A stretch of DNA of 64,000 nucleotides from a candidate division FCPU426 bacterium (GCA_963719085.1 CAVRAL010000004.1:576001-640000), one strand, 5' to 3'; shown: positions 27,765 to 37,787, numbered from the stretch's first letter. The notes: generated by a model not told the origin, from the sequence alone. Translations and numbers: made by a program.

Positions 27765-28661
27765 ATGCCATCCTTTTTTCATCGATTGAGCTTGGCGCTC
27801 GCCCTGATTTTTTTAACTTTTGCCGCGGGGGCCCAAGCCCAAACCGGACCCGTGGGGTTGGAACAGGATTCGAACCCGCGGGAAGAGTCTTTGAACGCCG
27901 CTTTCACGCCCCATTGGTCCGGCCAGTTGGACTTCACCCGATTGGGCCAGCCCAGCAATCAGGGCGGCGGACAAACCCAAACCGAGCTCGGATTCACCGC
28001 CACGGACAACTTGAGTGAATCGGGCGATTTCCTTTCACTCGGCGCTTCCGCGGGAAGCCAAAAAGTTGAGGGAAATCAAAGCGGCTACGGCACCCTTTCG
28101 GTCGGCGCCGGTTTGGGGATTGGACTTTTTTCACCCTCCCTCACCGTGGAAGGCCAATACGGCCAGGCGGGTTTGAAAACCTATTCGGGAACCTTGAATT
28201 TGGATTTCCAGCCGCTGGACGCGCTCACCCTGGGGTTGAGTTTGGGCGGCGGATTTCAAGGCCATCAAAGACCGGTTTCCCAGTCGACGGGAACCGTGGA
28301 CACGAAAAATTGGACCACCGGAATCAACGCGGCTTTCCAGGCTTTCGCGGACCTGGGCTTTAACGCCTCGCTTCAGCAGCAGACCGACATTACCTATTCG
28401 TACCAAACCCTGTTGCTGGGAGTCCTCCACACCCAGTCAGCCAACCAAGCTGACCGCATTCCCTCGGTCACTTTAGGAGTGGATTGGGATTTCGTGAAAG
28501 ACTTCACTTTGGAGGGAACCGGTGAATTCGGGCAAGAATTTTATCCTGCCGGAACTTTTTACAGCCCGGTCTTAGGCGAGACGGTGACCACCACCAAACC
28601 CACCAGTCAGAATTTCGCCGGTTATAGCTTGGCGCTTGTCTGGAATTTTGATTTCCATTAA
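27765..28661 (+). CDS. Putative outer-membrane beta-barrel protein
   Basis: Signal peptide AQA; amphipathic strands; shares F.P.W.G and GTFYS motifs with the upstream paralog. Confidence 0.72.
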   Translation: MPSFFHRLSLALALIFLTFAAGAQAQTGPVGLEQDSNPREESLNAAFTPHWSGQLDFTRLGQPSNQGGGQTQTELGFTATDNLSESGDFLSLGASAGSQKVEGNQSGYGTLSVGAGLGIGLFSPSLTVEGQYGQAGLKTYSGTLNLDFQPLDALTLGLSLGGGFQGHQRPVSQSTGTVDTKNWTTGINAAFQAFADLGFNASLQQQTDITYSYQTLLLGVLHTQSANQADRIPSVTLGVDWDFVKDFTLEGTGEFGQEFYPAGTFYSPVLGETVTTTKPTSQNFAGYSLALVWNFDFH

Positions 28662-28713
28662 AAAAATTTTGGAACTATGCCTTTGACGAAGCGGGCAGGG
28701 CCCGCCTTTTGAA

Positions 28714-28772
28714 ACAATGATAAATGCCGATGAAGACTGATGTTTGAAACATAAAAATCGGGCCTTATCAGC
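28714..28772. repeat. Partial copy of the 10-bp-period element seen at 18251-18320
   Basis: ACAATGATAAATGCCGATGAAGACTGATG; GATGAAGACTGATG is the reverse complement of 18302-18315. Confidence 0.55.
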
Positions 28773-28907
28773 CTCCGCGTCGCTTTTCCATATAACCGTT
28801 AGGGGAAAGCGATATTGTCCCGGGCCTCTTTGACTTTGATATGGAATCCCGGGGCATCAATGCTCGAACAGGTCTTGCTTTGCGAAGTGAACGATGGCGA
28901 AAAATTT

Positions 28908-29369
28908 TTAATTAAATCCCATGGCCAACATCAGCCCTGTGCCGTCTTGCCGGGGGCCCAGAGCCGTGTTGACCGACAAACCCGGATGGCCTAAAAGTTC
29001 CAGACTCAGCAATGTGGCCGTATGGGTACCCAGCGCGATCCAGGCCCGGGATTTCGTGTCATTGTCCCGCGAAGCCAGCAGGGTCACGACCGGATAAACG
29101 GTTTTTGAGATTCCCGCCAAGTTCACCAAAAACAAACCTGAATCATCGGCGCTGACGGCCAAGATGCCCCACCCCAGCGCGTCCACGCCGGCGGTGGACC
29201 AGCCATAAATAGAAGCGTGGTCCTCAATGGCCTCGGCGTAAGCCCAGACGTAATAATCCCCCACCACCAGCGGGATGGTCACGATCTCATTTTTAGCTTG
29301 GGCTTGGGAAGCGAGGGTCGCGGCGGCGAAAAGAAAGCATCCTAAAACAAACCCCAAGCGGGTCTTCAC
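28908..29369 (-). CDS. Hypothetical exported/membrane protein
   Basis: GTG start overlaps the upstream TGA (GTGA); signal peptide ending AQA. Confidence 0.6.
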   Translation of the reverse strand: MKTRLGFVLGCFLFAAATLASQAQAKNEIVTIPLVVGDYYVWAYAEAIEDHASIYGWSTAGVDALGWGILAVSADDSGLFLVNLAGISKTVYPVVTLLASRDNDTKSRAWIALGTHTATLLSLELLGHPGLSVNTALGPRQDGTGLMLAMGFN

Positions 29370-30922
29370 GACCCGACAGCCTTGACGGTCCGGCCATCCA
29401 ACACATACACCCGGCCGTCGGCCAAAATCCATTCCACTTCGGTCAGGTTCTTCCATTTAGCGGCGAGCCGCCGGGTGAGTTGAACCACCTCGAAAAGTTC
29501 ATAACCGCGCAAAGGAAAGGATTTCGGAAAATAGTTCCAAGGTGTGTCAATCCAGCCCTTAAACAGTGTCTTATCCGGCGTCAGCCGCAGGAGGAGGACA
29601 TTGCCCTTGGGTAAGGCCGTCACCCGAATTTCAACATCCGTCAGCTTCAAACCCCGGGGCGGAAAGGTGCGGCAAACGCCCACCGCGGAGACCTTCATGG
29701 CTTTCTGAACGATATAAAAACGCTTGGACTTGGAATCAAAAACCTGCCTCACCGCCTGTTCGGTTGAGAGTGGTTTTAAAGAAAGCAACGAGCTTTTTTT
29801 GGAGCCGGACTCCTCCGACGGCCTGACCCAATAGGGGCCCTGGCCCAAATCCCCCAAAGCCTGGCGCACCGCTTCCTCGCCCCGGGCCCGGGACACGTTG
29901 CCCGTGATGAATCCCGGCGCGGTTTCCGCGCCCAAGGGGATCAATTCGCTCAAGCGGCCCGCCAATTTACCGTAGGCGTCGCCATGGCCCTCGGTCAGGC
30001 TTAAAAGCCAAACCCGGGGCGGATGCAGGCCGCGCCGGTAAGCGCCCACCAAAATCTCAACTTGGGGCGCCGCCCAGCTGCTGACGGCGGCCAAAATCCC
30101 GCCGCTGATAAGGTCGGGAAAATAATGAAAGCCCAGGAACAAAGTAGAAAGCCAAATGCCGATCGTCAAGGGAAGGCCCCAGGTCAGCCCCCTTCGGTCA
30201 TGGCCCAACTGCCAAAAAAGAAGGTAAGCGGACAAGGCGCCATGCAGACTGGGGAATACATCGAACTTGGATCCCAGGCCGTTGATGATGACATTCGACC
30301 AATCAAAAATAACGCCGCCGCTCAACCAATTCCAATCCTGGGGGTAAGCGAAGCGGGGGCCGATGGCCGGGTAAAGCAGGTAGCCGATGAAGCCGCCGAT
30401 ATAAACCAAAATGAGGCCCAGCATGAACCGTTGATAAAGCGCCCGCCTCAGCCAGCTGTGATAGACCAAAAGCCCCACCAGCCACGCGAAAAGGCTGAGG
30501 TAAAAAAGGCAAAACAGATCGGTGAGATGGGGGTGGCCTTCCAGGGCGTGGTCAAAAAAACTGTTACCCCGTCCGAACAGGCTCAAGTCCAGGGACTGAA
30601 GGCTGGCGTCATATTGCTGGGGATGAATGGCCGGCACCAACAGTTTGATCAAGCTGTAACAAAGCACCAGCCCCAACCAAGGGCCCAGGCCCCGAACCAA
30701 TCCCCAAAGATTGATCGGCGGGGGTTTGCGGATGGCGATGAAATACATCCAACCGATCCAAACCACGCAATAAGCCGTGGTCACATAAAAGGCCGGATCA
30801 GCGCCGGGCCGCTCGGAAAAGGCCGCGCCCAGGGCCAAAAGGAAAAAAACCAAAAACACCGCCGAGGTCAGCCATTCGGACGGGGTGAAAACCCAGGCGT
30901 TTTTTCGAAGCGTCATGGACAA
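29366..30922 (-). CDS. PAP2/Aur1-like (IPC synthase-like) phosphotransferase fused to a degenerate PEP-synthase/PPDK N-terminal-like domain
   Basis: YPAIGPR, FPSLH and HYFPD catalytic motifs in the TM region. C-terminal part carries YGKLAGRLSEL..G....PGFIT, VRPS, IVQK and EVEW...G.VYVLDGR. Confidence 0.75.
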   Translation of the reverse strand: MSMTLRKNAWVFTPSEWLTSAVFLVFFLLALGAAFSERPGADPAFYVTTAYCVVWIGWMYFIAIRKPPPINLWGLVRGLGPWLGLVLCYSLIKLLVPAIHPQQYDASLQSLDLSLFGRGNSFFDHALEGHPHLTDLFCLFYLSLFAWLVGLLVYHSWLRRALYQRFMLGLILVYIGGFIGYLLYPAIGPRFAYPQDWNWLSGGVIFDWSNVIINGLGSKFDVFPSLHGALSAYLLFWQLGHDRRGLTWGLPLTIGIWLSTLFLGFHYFPDLISGGILAAVSSWAAPQVEILVGAYRRGLHPPRVWLLSLTEGHGDAYGKLAGRLSELIPLGAETAPGFITGNVSRARGEEAVRQALGDLGQGPYWVRPSEESGSKKSSLLSLKPLSTEQAVRQVFDSKSKRFYIVQKAMKVSAVGVCRTFPPRGLKLTDVEIRVTALPKGNVLLLRLTPDKTLFKGWIDTPWNYFPKSFPLRGYELFEVVQLTRRLAAKWKNLTEVEWILADGRVYVLDGRTVKAVGS

Positions 30923-30949
30923 GAAAGGACCTCGTTCAAAAAATGAAAT

Positions 30950-31393
30950 TTAAAAGGCGGAGCCGCCCTTAGGTGAGACAAAATAAGAAAATTCCAGCTG
31001 ATTCCCATCCGGATCGGTGACCACGCAAAAATAACCCCGGAGGTGGCCCCCGTAATGGGCCGCTTCCATCAGGCAATTCTCTTTTTTAGCCTTCTCACTG
31101 ATGGCTTCCACCGGCTCCAAATCACCCAGGCGAAAACCCATCCGTTGAAAACTGGTGTCCTGCGCCTTATCGGATTTTTTCCAATTGGAATCTTCCATCA
31201 ACACGAAAAGGGGCGCGTAGGGGTTCTCTAAAAAGCGCATCCAGACCCAACGGTTTCCCTCGGCGTCCTTCTGGTCCACGATGGCCGTCAGTCCCACATA
31301 CTCGCTGTAAAAACGCAAGGAAATATCGGCGTCCTTGACTTTAAAGAGGACGTGATGCCAATCGGGAAATTGGGAAACAAGTTCAAGCGTCAA
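30950..31393 (-). CDS. VOC/glyoxalase family protein
   Basis: HHV.F.V.D...S..FY...GL and DPDGNQLEFS motifs. Confidence 0.85.
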   Translation of the reverse strand: MTLELVSQFPDWHHVLFKVKDADISLRFYSEYVGLTAIVDQKDAEGNRWVWMRFLENPYAPLFVLMEDSNWKKSDKAQDTSFQRMGFRLGDLEPVEAISEKAKKENCLMEAAHYGGHLRGYFCVVTDPDGNQLEFSYFVSPKGGSAF

Positions 31394-31440
31394 GCGGCTG
31401 CCTTTCGAACCGACTAAAGGTTTAGTATATCAGAGAAGAT

Positions 31441-31968
31441 TTACGCCAATTTTTCCAAAATTTCCTTGGCGATTTTTTTGGCGTTCTTGCCCTGGGCGTC
31501 CACGGTCAGATCGGCGTATTTGCGGAACAAGGGCGCGCGTTCCTTGAAAAGGGCCGGCAAGGTGGAGCCGCCCCGGCAAACCACGCCGCGGTTGGACCAG
31601 TCCGGCAGGCGTTTTTTAAGCTCCGCCAAGGGCACTTTCAAATAAATCAGGGGACCCAGCCCGGCCAGGTGCTTCATGCCCTTGGGGTAATAAACCGCGC
31701 TTCCGCCGGGCGACACCACGCAATGGCGGGACCGCAGGGCCTGAATCGCCTCATCCTCCATCCTCATGAAAGCTTTCGTGCCCAGCTTGTCCAAAACCTT
31801 TTGAAGGGGCATGCGGTATTTGGCCTCGATCAAATGATCCACATCCACGAAGTGATATCGCAGCTCTTCGGCCAGCAGGCGGCCGATGGTGCTTTTGCCG
31901 CTGCCGAACATGCCGATCAGAACCAGGTTCTGGGGTAATTTTTGAGCTGTTTCTTTCTTGGATTTCAT
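31441..31968 (-). CDS. aroK: Shikimate kinase
   Basis: NLVLIGMFGSGKSTIG, F.D.D.LIE, SPGGS, ER.PL..KYAD. Confidence 0.9.
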   Translation of the reverse strand: MKSKKETAQKLPQNLVLIGMFGSGKSTIGRLLAEELRYHFVDVDHLIEAKYRMPLQKVLDKLGTKAFMRMEDEAIQALRSRHCVVSPGGSAVYYPKGMKHLAGLGPLIYLKVPLAELKKRLPDWSNRGVVCRGGSTLPALFKERAPLFRKYADLTVDAQGKNAKKIAKEILEKLA

Positions 31969-32030
31969 GAACCGTCCTCAATTTTAATGGGGCTCAAGCG
32001 CCGACCGGGCTTAAGGATAGCAAAAAAAGG

Positions 32031-33116
32031 TCACAACTCATAAGCCAGAGCCAAGAAAACCCGGTCCGGATTCAAGGCCAAGGGACCTTCACTGAAAGCG
32101 AGGGAGACTTGGCCTTGAAGGCTAAACTGCCAGCCCGTATCAAAATTCAAAACCACTTGGGGCCAAAAAAGAAAAGGTCCGCCATCTGGGGATTTGATTA
32201 AAGCCGGTTCCAGAGTCCAATGTTTATCCAAGGCCCGATTGAGGGAAAAATAAAAATAATCGGCGGCCGGGTTCCCATTCGAAAATCCCCCCAAAGCCTC
32301 GCCGGTTCCGTCCCAAAGCCATTCCAGGCTTAAGTTGCTCTCGTCCCACCGGCTGGAGACACCGGCCTCCATTTCCATGGCTGACTGGTGCTCGGCGAAA
32401 AACCATTCAACCCCTTCCCAACGAAGTTGAAAAGTCGGAAAAGTCACCACCCCTTCCAACCCCAACCCCTGCCGGTCGATCAAGTGGGCAAAACTGGGCG
32501 CGACCGTAATGCCGATGCCCCGGTTGGGGAGCCGCGCGACCCACTCGGTAGCGCCGCCCGCCAACAGACGCCCGGCGGCCTCAAAACTGAGGTCATCGAA
32601 AAGGGCTTGGGAAAAATCCGCCGCCTCACTGCCCAAGGGCTCTTCCCGTAAAAGCGTCAGGGGCCCCAGTGGGTTGAAGTAATTCGTGGGTTTATAAAAA
32701 CGGCCCGATCCCCAGGCGAAGTCTTGTAACCCCAATGTGGTTTGAAACCCATCAAAACTTTCTTGAAAATTCAGCCGGGTCAACCGCAAGGTTTCGTAAT
32801 TGAATCCATCGCTGTCGTTGAAGTTGTTCCACTCCAGATTGACCCAATTGGCTTTCGCGTTTTCAGGCCAAGGAACCGCCACGGGGTTTTGGTCCGCCAG
32901 CCAAAGAGCTTCCCCGCCCAGGTTGAGATCCAGATCATCCAAGATTTGATCTTTTCGATCCAACAAAAGCCGCGTCACTTGAAAATAAGACGCCGCGCCG
33001 CCCTGGTCGTGGACGCCCGTGTCAAAATCAAGCCGCAGCCCCAAAGACCCGGTGGTTTGGGCGCAAAGAGTCGGTGAAAAAATAAAAAAAAGAACCAGGC
33101 AGCGAATGGGACTCAT
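32031..33116 (-). CDS. Hypothetical outer-membrane beta-barrel-like protein
   Basis: Signal peptide; G.Q...WGSG.F..PT..FNP......REE..G motif; aromatic C-terminal strand. Confidence 0.6.
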   Translation of the reverse strand: MSPIRCLVLFFIFSPTLCAQTTGSLGLRLDFDTGVHDQGGAASYFQVTRLLLDRKDQILDDLDLNLGGEALWLADQNPVAVPWPENAKANWVNLEWNNFNDSDGFNYETLRLTRLNFQESFDGFQTTLGLQDFAWGSGRFYKPTNYFNPLGPLTLLREEPLGSEAADFSQALFDDLSFEAAGRLLAGGATEWVARLPNRGIGITVAPSFAHLIDRQGLGLEGVVTFPTFQLRWEGVEWFFAEHQSAMEMEAGVSSRWDESNLSLEWLWDGTGEALGGFSNGNPAADYFYFSLNRALDKHWTLEPALIKSPDGGPFLFWPQVVLNFDTGWQFSLQGQVSLAFSEGPLALNPDRVFLALAYEL

Positions 33117-33157
33117 GAAGTCGAAATTCCTTCGGGACAAAAGTGAGGCGGCCAAGT

Positions 33158-34105
33158 TTACTTCTTGATCAAGTCACCGCCCTCAATCCGCGGAACCGCA
33201 CGGATAATCGGGGAAGAAAAACGCCCCGGCGATTGACCGCCGGGCGCCAATATTTTTCCATTCTTGGAATCCAAGACCCAAACCTGGCTTTCGCGGCCCC
33301 GCTTTGTCTGGGCGTTTCCGGAGACCAAAACCCTGATTTCTTCCCGGACCTCAAAAAGCGACAGGCTGGTGTCTTTCCATTGGGAGGCGGCGGGATTTAA
33401 AAAGGTTTGCCATAAAAGATGCTGGTCCACATCGTAAGCGCTCACCCGGCCCCGGTTATCCACTACATAAGTATCGCTGTCGGGGCTCCTAGCCGCGTCG
33501 GCGGCTTGATCCATCTCCAAAGCCCAAATCACTTTGGCTTTTTGAAAATCCACTTCCTCGATTTTAGAGTCCATCGTCACCAAAAAATTGCCGCTGTCAG
33601 GGCAAACCCGCGCCGACCGGGGAGCTTGGGATAAGGCGAATTCCCAGCGGATCTTGGGCGCGTCGCCTTTGGCGTCCGCCAAAAAAATCCTGTTTTTCAC
33701 GGCGTCCGCGGCTAAAACCAGGGTCGGTTTTCCGTTCAGGTCCCAATCCACCGCCACCGCGCTCACCGGCGGATCCGTGTCCAACTCGTTCCAATCCCAA
33801 GCGCTGATCCAAGGCTTTTTACCCATCGTGTGGTGCAGTAAAAAAACCTTCCCCTTGCCCCCGGCCACCAGCCAATCACCCGAAGGCTCGGATTGGGCGT
33901 CAAAAGCCGGTCCGTCCAGCGGAAAAATCCATTCTTCCTTGCCCGTGCGGGTCACTAGGCTGAGCCGGTTGGGGCTTTGCTCGCACAAAAGCATATCGGG
34001 AAAAAAAGAACCGGCCGCGGAAACGCGCGGTTTCGCCGCCAAAAAATTTGGGGTTAAAAGAACAAGACAAAGAAGCGGAGCCGAAGTTTTTAAAAAACGC
34101 CTCAA
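33158..34105 (-). CDS. Exported PQQ-like beta-propeller protein
   Basis: Signal peptide; repeated G...W blade ends (GKEEW, KIRW, KVIW, HLLW, NGKIL). Confidence 0.6.
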   Translation of the reverse strand: MRRFLKTSAPLLCLVLLTPNFLAAKPRVSAAGSFFPDMLLCEQSPNRLSLVTRTGKEEWIFPLDGPAFDAQSEPSGDWLVAGGKGKVFLLHHTMGKKPWISAWDWNELDTDPPVSAVAVDWDLNGKPTLVLAADAVKNRIFLADAKGDAPKIRWEFALSQAPRSARVCPDSGNFLVTMDSKIEEVDFQKAKVIWALEMDQAADAARSPDSDTYVVDNRGRVSAYDVDQHLLWQTFLNPAASQWKDTSLSLFEVREEIRVLVSGNAQTKRGRESQVWVLDSKNGKILAPGGQSPGRFSSPIIRAVPRIEGGDLIKK

Positions 34106-35482
34106 TTAAATTTTACCCTTCAGGTCATTCACGAACTGTCGGGCGGCCCGGCCCGAGCGGCCATTATTGAAGCGGGTCCATTGGACGGCCTTGAGATGAA
34201 GCTCGGCCTCCGGCATCTGGATTCCCTCAAACTTGGCCCACTCGTCCACCATCTTGAGGAAGGTGTCCTGATCCGGCGCGTAAAAAGAAATCACCAACCC
34301 AAATCGGTCGGCCAGGGAAAGTTTCTCTTCCACCGTGTCCGCCCCGTGAATCTCCCCGTCTTCCACGACTCCGCCCGCCCGGTCGCCAAAAAACTCGCGG
34401 ATCAAGTGGCGGCGGTTGGAGGTGGCGATCAGGATCACGTTTTGAGGGGAAGCTTCCAAGGTTCCTTCCAGAACCGCTTTGAGCCCTTTGTAGGAAGTCT
34501 CATTTTCCTCAAAAGAAAGGTCATCCACGAATAGAATGAATTTTTCCCGCCGTCCCCGCAAGTGCGAAAGGATCACCGGAAAATCCATCAAGTGCGCCGA
34601 AAGCACCTCGACCAGCCTCAAACCCTGCGCGTGATAGGCGTTGAGCAGGGCTTTCACCGTAGAGGATTTGCCCGTACCCCTTTCGCCGTAGAGCAAGGCG
34701 TTGTTGGCCGGTTTCCCCTTCACGAAAGCCCGGATGTTTTCCAAAAGCGGTTTTCGCTGTTCGTCATATCCCACCAGGTTTTCCAAACGGATCGGGTCCA
34801 AGGCTTCCACACCGTCCAGGGATTGTTTTCGGGAGTTCCAGCGGAAAGCGCGAAAACGGCCGAAGGAGCCGAATCCCTGTTCGTGAAAATAAGCCGCGAT
34901 TTCCGGAGCCAACCGTGAAGCGGCCAGGGAAGGATTTAACAGCTTTTCTTTTAAACCCAGCCGCGCCTTGGCTGGAGCCGAAAGGGTCTTGGCGGATTCC
35001 AAAGTCCGGAACCCGGTGAAAGACGGTATCGTCCCGCCGGAAGTTTTTCCCTTTTGATCCTTAAAATTTTTCTCCCAATCGGTCCGGACCACTTTTAAAA
35101 AATATCCCAGTTCCTCGGCGTAGGCTTTTTTCAAGGGCGCGCCGATTTGGTCGTAAGACGCCAATTCGGCTTTGCGGTGCAGGACATTGGGATGATCGAG
35201 AAATTTTTCCAGCCAGTAGTCTTGCAGGCCGTCCCCGGTCAAGGGATGGCGGCTCAGTTCTTGTTTTTCCGCCACGGCTTTCCAAAGCTTCCGGTAAAAC
35301 CGCTTGCCCCGGGATTCCCACTCGGCGGCGCCCTTCAAGGCCTTTCGAAAAGCCAAGCCCACCTCATCCTCAAAAAGACCCTCAAAAAGATCAAAGGCTT
35401 TGAGTCCGGGCCAGGCCTCGTTTTTTTCAACCGGGGCGGGGGGCTTTGTTTTTTTTATTTTGAGGAGCTTGGGCTTTTTCAT
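34106..35482 (-). CDS. DUF815 family AAA+ ATPase
   Basis: PANNALLYGERGTGKSS, FILFVDDLSFEE, ATSNRRHLI, EEKLSLADRFG, SGR.A.QF. Confidence 0.92.
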   Translation of the reverse strand: MKKPKLLKIKKTKPPAPVEKNEAWPGLKAFDLFEGLFEDEVGLAFRKALKGAAEWESRGKRFYRKLWKAVAEKQELSRHPLTGDGLQDYWLEKFLDHPNVLHRKAELASYDQIGAPLKKAYAEELGYFLKVVRTDWEKNFKDQKGKTSGGTIPSFTGFRTLESAKTLSAPAKARLGLKEKLLNPSLAASRLAPEIAAYFHEQGFGSFGRFRAFRWNSRKQSLDGVEALDPIRLENLVGYDEQRKPLLENIRAFVKGKPANNALLYGERGTGKSSTVKALLNAYHAQGLRLVEVLSAHLMDFPVILSHLRGRREKFILFVDDLSFEENETSYKGLKAVLEGTLEASPQNVILIATSNRRHLIREFFGDRAGGVVEDGEIHGADTVEEKLSLADRFGLVISFYAPDQDTFLKMVDEWAKFEGIQMPEAELHLKAVQWTRFNNGRSGRAARQFVNDLKGKI

Positions 35483-35690
35483 GAACCTCTCCAAAAAGTG
35501 ACTGGATTTTTATTTTACGTCTTTTTCCCGGAAGAACGCATCCCTTTCTCTTGTTAAACTAAAGGGCCCATGGCGCCCCCCCGGCGTCGGAACAACCCTA
35601 AAAGACCCCGAAACTTTGCCGTGGTCAGCCGCGCCAAACCGCATTATTCTCTCGATGGAGACTTAAAAAATTCAACCCATTGGCCCTTCC

Positions 35691-37787
35691 ATGAAAGACC
35701 TTTTCCGCCGAGATTTGAATTTCACTTATCCTCCGTTCGTTTTTTTCTTTTTATTTCTTTTGTCCAATTGTCTTTTGTCTCTCGGCTCCCTTTCACCTGT
35801 CTTAAAAATTTGGATTTTTTTATTCGGTCTTCTTTTTCCCTTGGCGGGAGCCGCTTTGATTTTCACCCCCCCGCCCGCCCGGCAAAAGTCTTCCTTTCAA
35901 ACCGATCCTTTTAAAAATTTTTCACTCCCGGTCTGGGCCTGGTTTCTTTTAGGGATATCCGCCCTCCTGGCGCGCTTCTGGCAGCTGGGAAGCCCCGGCT
36001 GGTGGCCGGTTCCCGACGACGCCCTGTTGGCCCGTTATATCTTGGATTTGGACCATCATTGGCGCTGGCGGGCGCTGGAGATGATTTCCCAGGTCTCCAG
36101 TTTGCCGACCTACTTTGGATGGCTGGTTTTTAAAATCACCGGCTCCACCTTGATCGCCGCCCAGTTCCCGCCGGTTTTTTTCTCCTCGGCCGCCCTAGGG
36201 GTCAGTTACGCGACGGCCCGGTTATTTTTTCCCAAAACCCTCTCTTTCATTTTTTTCATTTTTTTCGCTTTCAGTTTTTGGCCCCTGCTGATGGCCAAAC
36301 CGCTTTTTGCCGCCAGCCTCATGCCGTTTTTGGAATTACTCGTGTTTTATGCCCTGGGGCGGTGGGTCAATTCGAGAGCCGGTTTTTGGGCTTTCGCCTT
36401 GGGCGCCTGCGCGGGCTTAGGCCTCTACACCTTTCCCTCCTGGCCCGCCATGTGGCTGTGGCTGGGGGGCCTTTGGGTGTGGCTCCGGCGGGAAAAATCC
36501 GCTCGGAAATTTTCGCCCTGGCTTTTCGGGGTCGGCTTTTTGCCCATGCTTGTCCCCTTTGGCCTGGCGGTTTGGCGGCAGGGCTACGGGGGCCACCTGA
36601 CGGCGGTGGCAGCTTGGAGCGGCGCCTCGTTGGGGTGGACCCAAACCCAAGTCGCCTTGGATTATCTTCGGGTTCTTTTTTGGGGCGGCGTCTCGGGACT
36701 TTGGATACCGCTCGACGGCGGATTTTTAAACGGACTTTTCGACTCTTTTTTCTTTCTGGGATTAATCGAGCTCTACCGCCATCGCCGAACCCAAATCCCG
36801 TTGTTTTTGGCCGCGGCTTTTATTTTTTTTCTATTGCCCGGCGTCCTTTCGCATGATGTGGAAACCTGCCGGGTGCTTTTGGTCTTACCGCCTCTGCTCG
36901 CTATCGCGGCCATCGGGTTGAACGCGCTTTTACTGGATTTGCCTTCGTCCCGGAAGGCCGCGCTACTCGCGCTGGCCCTGGCGCTGGGCTCGGCTTGGGA
37001 CATCCATCGAATCGTCCCGTCAGCCCAATCCCTCGCGTTATCCAGCGGCGCGCCGGTCTTCAGCGAACGCCAACTGGCTTACGAGGCCTTAAAACCCATC
37101 GCCAATGAGCAAGGTCCCGGGCTTGTCTTTTCCGAAATGGTGCCCTTCACCAGCGACAACTCCCTTTTGGTCTTTTCTTATCCTTTCAACGCCGTGCTGA
37201 ATCCGGCTCTCACCAACGGCCCCAAAGCTGCCTGGGCCGCCATCTTCACCGATTGGAATTACGTCCCGGCCCTTCGCGAACGCTTTCCCCTTTCGCGTTG
37301 GAAAGACCTTTCCCCCCTGCCCGGATCGGCTCCCGGTCTTTACGAACTGGGCCTAATTCCCTTGAGCGAAAACAACCGGCCTTTATTTGATCTATGGAAA
37401 ATTTACTTCGCCCGAGTCCAACAGATCGATTTTGAGTTTATCGACACCCCCACCGGCCGGCCCGAAACCCGGGTGCTGAAAGATTTGTTGGATTTTTACC
37501 CCTCGGTTCCTAACGACTCTTTTCTTCAGTCCTGCTTTTTTGAGAAACTTTTTTACTACTATTCATTTGAAAAGACTTTTTATCCCCAAGACGCCTGGAC
37601 CCATTGGGAAACTTTTAAGGACGTCTTCCAACGTTCTTTCGGCAAAAGCCTTCAGGACTCGGTGCTTTGTCAAAAGTACGGTCAAATCCTTGTAATTTCC
37701 GGCGAGGGGACCGAAGCGGAAAAAATATTCGCGAAAGCCCGGGGCTTGAGCGCTCAAACCCCGTTAAAAACCTCGGCCAGCCGTTGA
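35691..37787 (+). CDS. GT-C fold (ArnT/PMT-like, GT39) membrane glycosyltransferase-like protein with C-terminal helical/TPR-like domain
   Basis: More than 10 TMs; RF..L......DD after the first loop, G...GLG.YT, LLPG.LS...R.L; helical C-terminal domain. Confidence 0.7.
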   Translation: MKDLFRRDLNFTYPPFVFFFLFLLSNCLLSLGSLSPVLKIWIFLFGLLFPLAGAALIFTPPPARQKSSFQTDPFKNFSLPVWAWFLLGISALLARFWQLGSPGWWPVPDDALLARYILDLDHHWRWRALEMISQVSSLPTYFGWLVFKITGSTLIAAQFPPVFFSSAALGVSYATARLFFPKTLSFIFFIFFAFSFWPLLMAKPLFAASLMPFLELLVFYALGRWVNSRAGFWAFALGACAGLGLYTFPSWPAMWLWLGGLWVWLRREKSARKFSPWLFGVGFLPMLVPFGLAVWRQGYGGHLTAVAAWSGASLGWTQTQVALDYLRVLFWGGVSGLWIPLDGGFLNGLFDSFFFLGLIELYRHRRTQIPLFLAAAFIFFLLPGVLSHDVETCRVLLVLPPLLAIAAIGLNALLLDLPSSRKAALLALALALGSAWDIHRIVPSAQSLALSSGAPVFSERQLAYEALKPIANEQGPGLVFSEMVPFTSDNSLLVFSYPFNAVLNPALTNGPKAAWAAIFTDWNYVPALRERFPLSRWKDLSPLPGSAPGLYELGLIPLSENNRPLFDLWKIYFARVQQIDFEFIDTPTGRPETRVLKDLLDFYPSVPNDSFLQSCFFEKLFYYYSFEKTFYPQDAWTHWETFKDVFQRSFGKSLQDSVLCQKYGQILVISGEGTEAEKIFAKARGLSAQTPLKTSASR

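Noticed and set aside
28800..28910. Tiny plus-strand ORF MLEQVLLCEVNDGENF
   Set aside because: 16 codons with no clear RBS or promoter, lying between convergent genes; insufficient support.
35570..35914. ORF MAPPRRRNNPKRP... preceded by a TAAACT -10
   Set aside because: It overlaps the GT-C gene in another frame for over 200 nt and has no recognisable motif; more likely a 5' leader, although an upstream frameshifted start cannot be excluded.
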